Positions 27,146-40,150 are shown, numbered from the stretch's first letter. The stretch is DNA of 64,000 nt from Eledone cirrhosa (GCA_964016885.1 OZ024742.1:293508001-293572000), one strand, 5' to 3'. Notes: a model not told the origin generated them from the sequence alone. Made by a program: numbers and translations.

Positions 27146-28241
27146 CCTGGAGTCACCATTAATATTGGTAACAAGACTTTAAAAGTGTTGAGACAATACA
27201 ACCACACAATTTTCTTTTGATTTTTCTCAGTCTTTCTTTAGACATCAAAATGAAATTCAATATTTTTATGAAATAGCAGGATTACTTAAGTTATTGATAA
27301 TCTGAAGAGAATAATTTCTATTGCATATTATCCACAGATGTTGGACATTGATTTTACTATTCTAAGTCATCAGACAATTGAATCTTTACCAATAAACGCA
27401 ATTTTAATTTTCATCATCATCATTTTACATCCATTTTTCCATACTGGCGTGGGTGGGATAAGTTGTCACAGTCAACAACTAAATGGATCAGAGAACCATG
27501 TCTCACTCATACATTTCATTTTTGGAATGGGTTCTACAGCTAGAATTCTTTCCTAATGCCAACCACTTTACAGCATGTACTGGATGCATTTTATCATGGC
27601 ATCAATACTCACTGTATTTTATTGTGACACCAGCACTATCACCTAACAGAATGTAGTGGGTGGATTTTATTGTGGCCCCAGCACTAGAGCAGTTTTTGTG
27701 ATCACAGCAGGGTGAAAACAGACCTTTTAACACTACATTGTCTCCATTTGGAAAATAATTGCTAAATGTTTGATAACTTTTCTTCAATTCATCAAATGTT
27801 TTATCTAAATTTTATGTCTTCTAAAATGCATGGTGGTGGAGTAATATTAGCAGCTTTAACTCATAATGGAGTCATAGAAGTGTTGTCCTCACATATGACA
27901 TGTCATGAGTACTTTAAACCTCGTGAAGCCCATTCTACCTCAACTCAGAATACAGTAAATTTGTGAGAGGGGAGCTAGGGAGAGAAAGAGAGACCCAATT
28001 GACAAAACTGCCCCAGTGGAATGAAAAGTAAACTTGACTTTAGTTAGATTTGAACTAAGAATGGAACCATTTACTGTTATCTAATCTGATGTTTTACCAC
28101 CACCACCTTTAGACTTGTTCACCAATGACAACAAACAACAATTATCCTCAGGCTTTATTTCTGTGAATTTAAAACTACAAAGCATTTTGGTGTTATTTTC
28201 CTAATGATTAATCTTTTTTCTGCAGACTAACTTTATCTTAA

Positions 28242-28468
28242 TCCTTTAGCATTAACATTATTCTATATTTACTATTGTATTTTCACGGTAAAGGCTTTAT
28301 CTCACATAATCATCTCACATAATATCGAATTTACAAGATTTTGATGATATTGTTATCTGTTTTGAGAACAATACCTTAACGTCGGTATGAGTGGCCGGTT
28401 ACAACCGGTTTGAACAAAAAGAGGTAAGATAATTCTGGCTGGATATGGCCAGTTTAAATGCTAAAGGG
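28242..28468. mobile_element. piggyBac-type MITE with TTAA target duplication
   Basis: ttaa|tcctttagcatt...aatgctaaaggg|ttaa; paralogous empty site tatcttaacagtt at about 29346; second copy at 52223. Confidence 0.85.
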
Positions 28469-30849
28469 TTAACAGTTTTTTTGTTTTTTTTGCTGTAACA
28501 ACTATGGTAATAATACAAACCAATATGGAAAATATAATAGATCAGTGTTTCCTAATGTGGATTCCATGAAACTACAGGGTTCCACAAAATTATTCTAAGG
28601 TTCTGTGTGATTAAGTAGCCTTTTAATAAAATAAAAATATAAAAAATAGATAAATTATTTTTAATGAATAAAATCACTTGTCTAAAATAATTATTGTTTC
28701 ATTTAATTTCTTATTAAAATTAGAGTAGTAAGGATTTTTCAAAAGATATAAGGAGGGTTCTGTGGATTTTCAGAAAATCCTAAAAGGACTATAAAATAAA
28801 CTAAGTTTGAGAATCATTGCTCTAGATGGATGGAATGTAAAGCTGACTCTAGTGTGATTTGAACACAGATTGGAATAAAATACTGTTATTTAGTCAGGTG
28901 TTCTACAAGCTAATGTACTACTATTTAAATCATTTTTAGATTGTTTATTCTAGCAAGTTAAGTGATCACGTGATGTCTCCTACGCTTACTAGTTTGAAAT
29001 TAAAGGTCACATAAACCTTTAATTGTCACATACAATCTCCTTCTCAAAAAAGCTATCAATTTTCATATGAAGTATATGTAAATGTGTGACATCCAAACAA
29101 GTATCCTCTACCTCCAACTAACTTACCCCTCACCTCTGGGTCCCGGCTAATAGGATGGAGGATGTATTGCCACAGAGGATGGTGAGGGAGACATGCTGGA
29201 ACAGCCTACTTACTTATACAGTTCTATATTTCAACCAATAACAACAAGCAACAAAATCTTCAGGCTATATTTATGTGTATTTAAAACAAAGCATTCTAGT
29301 GTTTTTTTATTTCCCACTAATAATTAATCTTTTTTCTGCAGACTGTATCTTAACAGTTCTTTACTATAACCACAATGGTAATAATACCTACCAATATGGA
29401 ATTATAATAGACTAGTGATTACTAAAGTGGATTCAGTGTAGAAATATTGAAGTTCCATGAGATGTGGTGTCTTAATAAAATTTGGTAAAAATTTGTTATA
29501 TATATATATATTTTTTTTGTATTAATAAATTCTCTTTAAAACAAATTTTTTTGTTTGATTTAATGTCTTAATAACATTAAGGCAATGGAAATTCTCTGTA
29601 AAATATAGGTAAGTGTTCCACAATTTTGGGAAAATTATATAAAGATTCCATGACAAAACTAATCTTTTTCTGCAGACTGAGATTATCTTAAAGTTCTCTG
29701 CTATAACTATAGAAGTAATAATGCCAACCAATATATAAAATATAATAGATTAGTTTTTCCTTAAGTAGGTTCCATGAAAAAATTCTGGAATTCTGCAAGA
29801 TAAGATGTCTTTAAATAAAACTCAATAAAAAATCTATTATATGTTGTTTTATATATACGTAAATATATTGTCTCTCCAATCTAAAACTATTTATATTTCA
29901 TTTAATCATCATTATCAGCATCATCATCATCATCATTTAATGACCATTTTCCCTTTTGGGTGGGTTGTAACAGACCAAGTGAGTACTTAGAATCACATGC
30001 CTTTCAAACAAGCCAGGGACTGCATCATGTTTATATATGTTCCCACAGCCTACAGAGTGTACTGAGTGGATTTTATAGTGGCACCAGCACTACAGTAGTT
30101 GTCATTTCTTAGACAAGACTGAAGAGTTTTCTTAACTTTTTGTTTATCATATTTTCTATGACTGGATGTCCTTCCTATCATTAACCACTTTACAGAATGT
30201 ACTAAGGGTACTTTATTGTGGAACCAACACTAGAAAAGTTGTGCCCTTGACACAGTTGAAGAGTTCTCTCAACCCTCTTTTTTTTTTTGGTATGGTTTCT
30301 ACAGTTGGGTGTGATTTCTAGCACCAAACATTTTTCAGAGTGTACTAAGTGCATTTTATCATAGAACCAGCACTAAGGAGGTTGTTGGTTATTGATTTGA
30401 CTGAAGGTCCTCTCTACCCAGGATTTTCAGCACTTGGTCATCAGAAGAACGGAGGTAACTGTAAAAGGAGGATGGGGGGAGGTGGGGGGAGGGACAGAAG
30501 GAGGAGGATTTAAGAACCCCTGACCTAGAAGAATAAAAGGTACAGTTAACTCTGGTGTTATTTGAACATGAAATGGAATCAAATTTTGTTATTTTGTCAT
30601 GTTCTAGTAATTCTATGACTCCACCAGAATTCTACTTTAGCAATAATAACTGCAGACACTAATATCTCCAGGCTTTATTCCTGTGAATTTATAACTACAC
30701 AGTATTCTAGTGCTTTTTCAGAATAATTAATGTTTTTCTGCAGACTGACTTAACACTTTCGTGACAATATTTCTAATAAATTACACAGTATTTCAATGAT
30801 TTAATGAAGAATTCGAAAGGATTCTCTCGCCATATATATATATATATAT

Positions 30850-31836
30850 CGCCATGGGGCCCGAGGCGCGGCCGGTGTTTTAACCGCCACATAGTACCCT
30901 TAAATTACAGAACAAATCGGAACTATTATATAATAAAATGTTAAACTGTTGAACTTTAAATTTTCTAACCTCTTTAATATTGAATATTGATTATTAATTT
31001 TGTTAACTTCATCCTAGAAGTCTAAACACTGTAACACACTGACTCCCAATATATTCACCTCTGCTAAGATGCGGGTCCCTGTGAACATTTTCTCGTGCCG
31101 GCTTGACTGTGGTCTGACATTAATATCGACCTTTCTTCCTCTTTCTTTCTATCTTCCTTCTTGTAGCCATCAACCCTTACTTTTCTACTTCTCTCTTCTC
31201 TTCCTTCTCTTCTCCCCTCTTCCTGTCTTCCTCCTGCAGACTTATCTTCCTTCCCCCTCTTGTTTGCCTATATCTGACCGGTAGTAGTTGCCTTTCTTCT
31301 TTTAGCTGACATTAACCCTGGCTTCTCTTCTTCTTTCTTCCCCCTTCTTCTCTCTCCTTCCTTTCTTTCTTTCTTTTACCTTGTGTCATGAGATCGACGT
31401 TAACTTATGTTCCCATCCCTTTCTGTTTTCGTTTATCTGACCGGTAGTAGCATACTATAAACTTTAGCCACGTCACTCCAGGGCGACCGGCTGAGGTTGA
31501 AGGAACAGAATAGCGGTCGCCCTCGGGTCCTCGATTTTCAGCCCCATGGATTTTATCTATTACATTCACGTATTATATTTCGAATACCTGATGATATCAC
31601 CGGATTCATACGGAACCCGGTCATTGAAATGATCATAGTATAATAAACCTTTCAAGGATTTACACAAATCCAGCCTCCTGTCATTTCATTATAATATTTA
31701 ACTCCGTAATAGCACCACCAACTACAAAAACAAAGACGGTTGAACTGCTTTACGTTGAGTACTCTCTATATTATTGCATTACGATTGACCATACGGAATA
31801 GACCAGCTCTATACAATGGTGAACCTCAAACCTGAA
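30850..31836 (+). mobile_element. Non-coding hammerhead-bearing element (Penelope pseudo-LTR or retrozyme-like) inserted in (TA)n
   Basis: TA tracts on both sides; internal hammerhead followed by AATAAA; its 3' end resembles the reverse complement of 63660-63725. Confidence 0.6.
31584..31641 (+). ncRNA. Type I hammerhead ribozyme
   Basis: atac-CTGATGA-(extended stem II accgg...ccggt)-GAA-atgatcat-A-gtat; palindromic stem III. Confidence 0.7.
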
Positions 31837-32016
31837 TATATATATATTATATATATATATATATATTATATATATTATATATATATATATTATATATATA
31901 TATAATATATATATATATAATATATATATATATAATATATATATATATAACCCAAGGGCGGTGCCCCAGCATGGCCTCAGCCGGATGGCTGAAACAGGTA
32001 AAAGAGTAATATATAT

Positions 32017-32337
32017 ATGGCTTAGTGGTTAGAGCATTGGCCTTGCAATCGAAAGGTTGTGAGTTCAATTCTCAGACTGGGTGCTGTGTTGTTTCCTTGG
32101 GCAAGACACTTTATTTCACATTGCTCCAGTTTACTCAGCTGTAGAAATGAGATGATAGGGAATGGGGTCCCTATCATTCCACTGCAAAGTGGTCGTGGAG
32201 GTGCCACGGCAAAAAAGCACCCAGCACTCACTGTAAATGAGGTTGGTGTTAGGAAGGGCATCCAGCTGTAGAAATCAAGCCAGAATCAGTTCCCGTCCCA
32301 CCCTTGCAAGCAGGGAAAAGTGGACGTAAAATGGTGA
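32017..32337 (+). mobile_element. tRNA-derived CORE-like SINE with RTE-type tail
   Basis: A box tggcttagtgg, B box gagttcaattc, CORE-like ccttgggcaagacacttt...cagtttactcagctgtagaaatg, tail shared with LINEs B/B2. Confidence 0.88.
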
Positions 32338-32404
32338 AAAAAAATATATATATATACACACACACACATATACATACATACATACATACATACATACATA
32401 CATA

Positions 32405-32485
32405 CATGGGTGTCCCAAAAATGTATCCACACTTTAAAGGCATTCTAATAAATATGTGTATATATTTTTGGGGGGACACCCTATG
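32405..32485. mobile_element. Small Tc1/mariner-type MITE (hairpin) in TA
   Basis: ta|catgggtgtcccaaaaatgtatccaca...tgtgtatatatttttggggggacaccctatg|ta. Confidence 0.5.
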
Positions 32486-32664
32486 TATATATATATATAT
32501 ATTTCATTATGAAGATGATATATGTAACATAAATGGTTCTCATACAAAATTATGTATGAAACAGAAGAGTAAGAAATTCTAGAATAACTGGTGATAGGGA
32601 AGAAACAACCACATCCCTGGCTGCCTAATCTTACCAAATGATGATAGTGGTGATAATAATAATG

Positions 32665-32869
32665 ATTTCTACTATAGGCACAAAGCCAGCAATTTGGGGA
32701 GAGGGGAAAGACATTATTTTATCAATCCCGTAAGGATGAAAAGCAAAGCTAACCTTGGCTGGGTTTGAGGTTAGTTTTGCCTTTCATCCTTACAGAGTCG
32801 ATTAAATAAAGTACCACCAATCCACTGGAGGTCGTTTAATTGACTTTCTCTTGTGCCTAAAGTAGAAAT
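32665..32869. mobile_element. Two Meta-like SINE fragments in inverted (fold-back) arrangement
   Basis: atttctactataggcacaa / ttgtgcctaaagtagaaat at the ends; central stem taaggatgaaaagcaaagctaacct / aggttagttttgcctttcatcctta. Confidence 0.7.
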
Positions 32870-33689
32870 AATAATTATTATTAATACCGTTGGTATAAAG
32901 TATAGAGTGTTCATGAGCAGAGATGAGACAAAATAGTGAAGACTCTTAATGACAGAAAAAGAAATTGCCAATACCTGCTTTTTCCACCTTTAAGGGTATT
33001 CACCTTATTTTATAAGCTATTTTATACCATCTCCATTCATGAACATTCCATTTTTTATATTAACTTTATTCCCTCAGCACTTCATAAAAGTCCAAGAGAT
33101 CAGCTTTGTATACACAATAATAATAATGATAATAATAATTCCTCTAAACATAGGTGCAAATATGCTATAAAAATATGGTGCAACAGATGTCAGTGAGAGA
33201 AACCAAATTAGATTGGTATGATAATGTGATAAGAGACATAAAAGAAAGAAGCTAAAAAAGCAGTTCACTTTTGTTATATATATTCTCTGTAAGAAAGTTT
33301 ATTTTATTCAATCTGATATTTAGTCTTAAATCAACATGAACCAGCTGTTAGTTATATGGAGAGTATGGAATATTTGAAAAAGAACTCCTTTGTTTATCTT
33401 TTCCTTTTTTATTTCTTTACCTCTATCTTTTAGTCCTGTACTTCTGTCTCTTTTTATCTATTCCTCTCCTCCTCACTTTCTTGACCTCATGGCAACTTCA
33501 TGTCCCTTTGCCTCAGTCTGCTGCTAGCCTCTTTATATTCAACACCATAATGCTGTTTCATCTTGGGACTAACGTTTGAATATTTTTTTTTTTTCCTTCT
33601 CTATTTCCTCCTGGTTAATTTGTTGTACACCCATTTTCCATTTCAGGTACAGAGATTTACCAGTAGATAACCTAATCATCACTGTCAGC

Positions 33690-34130
33690 TAACACATTAC
33701 AGAGCTGCTTCACTTCATGAAGGGAATTTGAAATGCAGATCTGGAGAAATTGTAATGTTACTTGTGAGAAAACAAATAGATGTGTGCTGTATAGAAGAAA
33801 TAAGATATAGGGGAACCTCAGGCAGATTCTTCAAAGACAAACAGCTTAGATATAAGATTTTCTGGATAGGAAATGATGATGGAGTAGGTGGAATGGACAT
33901 TCTACTAACTGTGGAGAAATAAGGTAATTAAAGTAGTTAAAGTAGGTGACAGAATCATCAAGCTCAAAATAGTCATAGGTAATAGATTGACTACAATTAT
34001 CTCTACATATGCACCTCAATCAGGTCTTAAGTAAAGAAAAAGGACTCATTCTGTGAAGAACTACAGATAACCTCAGTTACAGATATGACACCTCATCATC
34101 CTAGCTGTTAACTTCAATTGATATATTGGG
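33690..34130 (+). mobile_element. Old RTE remnant (N-terminal APE domain)
   Basis: LKCRSGEIV...IDVCCIEEIRYRG...YKIFWIGNDDGVGGMDIL, then a decayed TIISTYAPQSGL. Confidence 0.8.
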
Positions 34131-34759
34131 TAGCACCAATCAAAAGAGCTGGGGTCTCAAACACACAACCCCCAAGCTACTTTTCTATAACCCACAGCAA
34201 AACAATACTCAGAATATATAGCTTTTGTTTTCCCTATTTTAATAACAACATCTATAGTACAATTTATTGCAATATACCTCTGAAATTACAGTGGAAAAAA
34301 TGGAATTTACCAAAAGTAAAAAGGGAATTAAGGAAATTTAAAACGTAAAATTTATCTCCCTGCATTTTGTACTAATTCATATATCCCACATACTATCATC
34401 ATTATTTAACATCTATTTTCTATGCTAGCATGAGTTAGAGAGGTTGCCCCATTGTGAGACAAGCCAGATCCGATGACCATGACTTGCTCATACAGAACTG
34501 GTTTTGGCTTGGTTTCTATGGCTGGATGCCCTTCCTAACACCAACCATGTTTACAGTGTGTGAAGTGGATAAATATCACGTGCATATTCATTTTGATGGG
34601 GTAAAAAATGAATAGTAGCCTATCAGCTGTACTGTAGATTAGTGTTATAACTGGTGGAGATAATTATTTGTACATTATTCTATGAACTATACATGCACCT
34701 TTGATGAGTTGTGCACCTGAGCACTGAACACAATAATTTTCATTATTATTTTTTTATAA

Positions 34760-34915
34760 CAGACACAGTGATGATAAGAACTAGGTTTAGAATCTACTGT
34801 GGCAGACACAGTGATGATAAGAACTAGTTATAGATTCTATCATAGCCGACACAGTGATGGTAAGAACTAGTTATAGAATCTATCATTAACAGACACAGTG
34901 AAGGTGATAAGAACA
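34760..34915. repeat. About 43-bp minisatellite, about 3.5 copies
   Basis: cagacacagtgatgataagaactag..tagaatcta repeated. Confidence 0.85.
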
Positions 34916-35641
34916 TAGAACACAACCTATCATAACTAACACTGTGAAAAAAATTATACTTTTAAGTGTTGATTGAAATTACTTCAAGGAATTTTAATGT
35001 TGTCATATCTAAAATATTGAAAATGACTCTGTAGAATCATTAGAAGAAGAATATCAATAAATTTATTTGAATGTAATTTCAGATGATTCAATTAGAGATG
35101 GGAAAGACAGATGTATAGGGAAATGAAATAATATAATAGAGAAATGTATTATCTTGACATTTCGTGATAACTGAGGAAATTACTGCAGTCACACACCAAA
35201 CAATTTAGAGGTTTTTACTAATATTGAAATACAGACAATTGATCGGAATAAATCTTGAAAAAATATACAATGAGGCCATTCCATCATCATCACTATGTTA
35301 TGTATATATTCCATTATACAATATAATATGTTGAATAAAATCATAATTGACTGATCCTCCTATATTTTCTTTCACTCAAAGCCAGGAACTTTTCAGCATC
35401 CCCTCGTATATTGACATTAGCACTACCATTTTACAGAATTCACTGGGTGCATTTTATCTTGGCATTAGCACTACCATTTTAAAAACTGTACTGGGTGTAT
35501 TTTATTGTGACAACAGCACTAACACTTCACAGAGTGTACTGAGTGTATTCAAAATATATAAATACATTAAATAAATACAATAATATCTATATAACAACCT
35601 ATAAACATCATAGCAATAAATTACCAAAGGTATTTAATAAT

Positions 35642-35820
35642 TGTTTCTACTTTAGGCACAAGGCCAGCAATTACCCAGTGCATTACTGGTACTTTATTTT
35701 ATCGACCCCATAAGGATGAAAGGCAAAGTCAACCTCGGCGGGATTTAAACACAGATCGTAAAGGGGCGTAACTATGCTGGAAAGCATGGCGTCCGACCCT
35801 CTACCGATACTGCCAATCCA
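35642..35820 (-). mobile_element. Meta-like tRNA SINE
   Basis: Reverse complement has ccgaggttgactttgcctttcatccttatggggtcgataaaataaagtaccag; close to 49192-49378. Confidence 0.75.
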
Positions 35821-36636
35821 AATAATGATATATGTAAAGGAGGTGTAGAAAGCTGATGGAAGAAGTTAATTATGGAGATGATTTAGAATGCCACAGTAAT
35901 GAAGATGGAATAACTTGAGTAATGTAGCAAATAGAGTAGAAAATATTAAATACAGGAAATTTACTGCTACAACACGAAAGGGAAGAGAGAGGAAGAATAG
36001 TAGCCTCATGTCAATGGTAATAATTATAATAAATGGCAATGATAGGATAGTTTATTTCAATGAGATTAACCCTTTTTATAGCAACCAACCTAAACCACAC
36101 CTCTGATTCTTTTGGCAAGACAGAATATAACGTTCAATTGTCTTCAACCTATATAACCTGTATTCAATACATGTGTGTCAGTGACATCTGAACAAATATC
36201 TTCTACTACCAACTAACTTACCCTCCGCCTCTTGGTCCCGGCCGAGAGGATGGAGAATGCATTGCCCTGAAACAGCCACTCCAGCTCACACCGGCGGGAA
36301 ACAACGCCATCTAATTTAAACCTTTTTGTAACCAAAACACCTGAAACCACACCTGGTTCAGTGATACAGTGTTATTTGTTTTAAAATGCTTATATTTATC
36401 TAAAAACTTTTCATCATAATTTCATGTAAAAACCAATTATTACTAAATCCCACCAAACTCTTGATTATTTTCAAAGTGATTTGAAAATCATAGGCAATGT
36501 CAATTTCAAAAATTGGGTGCTAATCTGCTAGCTGCAACTTCGATTATACTCATTTCTATTATACATATATATATAAATAGATAGATAAATAGACACACAT
36601 ATTCATTAAAACAGCCACCAAATGCGTTTTTACATA

Positions 36637-36682
36637 AAATTTACGAACGTTTCATCCCCTTCCTGGGACTTTTCAAAATCAG
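36637..36682 (-). ncRNA. Hammerhead ribozyme (U3-A8 variant) in the P2 inverted pseudo-LTR; sister copy 41413-41459 (+)
   Basis: Consensus of both copies: ctgatt-TTGAAAA-gtccc aggaag gggat-GAA-ac gttc gt-A-aatcag. Confidence 0.6.
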
Positions 36683-37423
36683 TTATTTAAGATTAAAGAA
36701 CCTCATTATAACCTCACCAAAATACTCGACAGCCAGCAGTTAAAGAAAATGTTTACCTTTAAAAAATCCGAAATGACGCCAGTAGCAAACTAAAGTTCCT
36801 GCAATTTGATATACATAACTATTATGCTTCTATCTCTCCTCTCCTTGATAAAGTTTTGTCATTTGTTGCTGATCTTACTGATATTACTCAAATTGAAATA
36901 GATACACTTTTACTAGCTAGAAGAATTATAATAGAATTTAATGGGGATCTATGGACTAGGAAGGATCGTCCGAATAACTTTGATGTCACTGTGGGTTCTA
37001 GTGACTCGGCCTAAGTGACTGATTTGGTTGGATTATTTATTCTAGATGAACTTAAGGCCAATTTTCCTACTATCGGGGGGAGGATTATACCGCTTGATGC
37101 TCTCTTTACTTTTGAAAATTATTTTAAATCAGCTTTAGAGAGTGTTAGAAAACATCTACAAAATTCTTTAAAGAATATGATTTAACAGTTACAATTGATA
37201 ATAATGATAGGGTTGTTAATTTCTTAGATGTCAGTTTAAACCTAAATTATCATTCCTTCCAACCATACCATAAACCTGGTGAGGTTCTATTTTATGTTAA
37301 TAAATACTCTAACCACCCTAAATCTATTAAAAATGCAATAATCAATAATATTTCTAATAGAATAAATTCTCTTTCGACAAATATTGATGTTTTTAATCAG
37401 AATACTAATTACTATAATGAGGC

Positions 37424-37745
37424 ACATGGCTTAGTGGTTAGAGCATTAGCATTGCAATCGAAAGGTTGTGAGTTCAATTCTCATACTGGGTGATGTGTTG
37501 TTTCCTTGAGCAAGACACTTTATTTCACATTGCTCCAGTTTACTCAGCTGTAGAAATGAGATGATAGGGACTAGGGTCCCTATCATTCCACTGCAAAGTG
37601 GTCGTGGAGGTGCCACGGCAAAAAAGCACCCAGCACTCACTGTAAATGAGGTTGGTGTTAGGAAGGGCATCCAGCTGTAGAAATCAAGCCAGAATCAGTT
37701 TCCGTCCCACCCTTGCAAGCAGGGAAAAGGCGGACGTAAAATGAA

Positions 37746-37781
<36 letters not shown>
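37424..37781 (+). mobile_element. CORE-like SINE inserted into the P2 RT with 7-bp TSD atgaggc
   Basis: TSD at 37417-37423 / 37782-37788; removal restores YYNEALHKSG; long (GAT)n tail. Confidence 0.92.
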
Positions 37782-37785
<4 letters not shown>

Positions 37786-39494
37786 GGCCTTACATAAATC
37801 AGGATACAATGAAAAAATAAAATATAACGCTTCTGATAATAAATTTTACATCTTCAAAGAATGGCAATAAACCTACATATGGTTTTTATAACAATAGGAC
37901 GAAAAATAATAAGAAGAATGCTATAACTAAAACTGATAATTCTTTTAAACCAACTATTAACATTAAAAATGACAATTTAAAACCAAATTTAATTGATAAA
38001 GTTGTTAGTAATATAGATGATACACTGATTAAATTGTGTAATTATAAAGTAAGGCATAAATTAAGAAGGAAAAAACGTATTTGGTATAATCTTCCATTCG
38101 GTATTCAGGTTGCTTCTAATATACCTAAGTTATTCTTTGATATAGTGGATAAGAATTTTCCTCCCAACCATAGATATTATAAGATATTAAATAAATAATG
38201 TGAAATTATCCTTTTCTACAACCCCTAATTTGGTGGATTACATAGCATCAAACAATAAATAGAAACTTAATTCCTTTAGAGTAAATGGTAGATCTTTAAC
38301 TAATACTGGACCCCCTAGAAATAGTATATGTTTTAGAACCACTAACAATACTAGTAGCAGCAATATCTTGGTTGACAATAATATTATTAATGAATATATT
38401 TCTACTCTTAATATCACAAATGAAACACTCATTAATCTTGATAATAATTACAGTCTCAATGGTAATGAAACTGACACTTGGAATAATAACAGTATTGTTA
38501 ACAATAATGTAAACACTTAAATCAATAGATGGGCGTCTGGAATACATACTGAATATAAGGTATGTGGTAAAATTAGGTATACCACTAAGATTTTTGTTGG
38601 TGGTGATCAAAATAAGGATATAATCAATAATAATAGTCAACCTTTAGGGATTATGTGTAATTGTAGAATTCCTAATAATTGCCCATTTGGGGGGTAAATG
38701 TCTTAAAACTAATGTTATTTATAGATGTGAGGATTCAACTAGTGATAATTGTTCTAATTATATAGGTGCTACTGCCAATAAATTCAAAACTAGATTCTAT
38801 GTTCATACTCATACTTTTAAAAATAAGAAGCTGAAAAATATAACTTCTCTGGCAAAATTAATCTGTTCTCTTAAGGAAGGTAAGGTTAATTATAATATCA
38901 AATGGTCTCTAATTAATACTGCAAGGCCATATGGGGGAAATAGTTCCAAGTGTAATATTTGTTTAAGCAAGCTGTTTGAAATATTAGCCTCTAATATAAA
39001 CTTATTAAATGCAAAAAAATGAGAGAATTCCTTTTTGTCAACATAAAACACATTACTCCTTTTGCTATAAAATTAAGGAACCTGACTAGAATTATGCTTC
39101 TTTTTTTTTGGTTTATATATATGTATTTTTTTTTTATGTGGGTGTTATTTTTGTATGTACTTACCTTATTCTATTCTATATTTTTTTTCCTATAGATTTT
39201 ATATAGTCTAGATTTGATTTTATGAGGAAATACATTAATTTTTTTATATGTATTTATTTTTACATGTGTGTATGTGAATATACACACCCATATATATGTA
39301 AGTGTTAGGTTTGCATTTATGTCTTTATTGTTTAAGTATGTGTTTGTATCTATTAATACAGGTATGAGTGTGAATAAATGTATGTGGGTGTATATATGTA
39401 TGTGCATGTATGGATTAGTATGTGTTTTTTGTGTTTTTTTATGTTTTTTTATATATATGTGTGTGTATATTTGTATGTATGTATATGTGTGTAT

Positions 39495-39538
<44 letters not shown>

Positions 39539-39706
39539 GTAAATGAGGTTGGTGTTAGGAAGGGCATCCAGCTGTAGAAATCAAGCCAAATCAGTTCCTG
39601 TATGAGCAAGGCATGGTCAGCCGACCAGACACTGCCCACAACAGGACAACCCATCTAACCCATGCTAGCGTGGAAGAACGGACGTAAAACAGTGATGATG
39701 ATGATG
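39539..39706 (+). mobile_element. SINE/LINE 3' fragment with a third tail variant (longer copy at 47248-47481)
   Basis: gaggttggtgttaggaagggcatccagctgtagaaatc...cccatgctagcgtggaagaacggacgtaaaacagtgatgat. Confidence 0.8.
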
Positions 39707-39812
39707 ATATATATATATATATAAAAGTTAAACAAGGTTCAATGAATACATCAAAGAATGAGTTTTACAATAGATTGGAAGCACTCAACAAGAAGGTTTT
39801 CCAGAGTTATTA

Positions 39813-40138
39813 ATATTAATTCAAAATATTAACAAAATAGATATTCTTGTGATCAATTATATTTTATTATACATATTTCAGAGGTACTGAGTTAAGTTTA
39901 ACAGTACGTCCTCATCAGATAAAATAGGATGATGCATGACATACCCTGACATAGTAGATGGTTAAGATTCAGTCATGACTGAATCTTAACCATCTACTAT
40001 GTCAGGGTATGTCATGCATCATCCTATTTTATCTGATGAGGACGTACTGTTAAACTTAACTCAGTACCTCTGAAATATGTATAATAAAATATAATTGATC
40101 ACAAGAATATCTATTTTGTTAATATTTTGAATTAATAT
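39813..40138. repeat. Perfect 326-bp spacer-less palindrome (axis 39975/39976)
   Basis: Arms read as exact reverse complements around agtca|tgact. Confidence 0.95.
40025..40091 (+). ncRNA. Type I hammerhead ribozyme (mirror copy 39860-39926 on minus strand)
   Basis: tattttat-CTGATGA-gga cgtactg...cagtacc tct-GAA-atatgtat-A-ataaaata. Confidence 0.75.
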
Positions 40139-40150
40139 ATATATATATAT

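Noticed and set aside
32017-32090. tRNA gene (GCA in loop)
   Set aside because: No proper anticodon or acceptor stem; continues into a SINE body; three copies.
34760-34915. CRISPR-like array (also 54915-55195)
   Set aside because: Eukaryotic context, spacers resemble each other, no cas genes.
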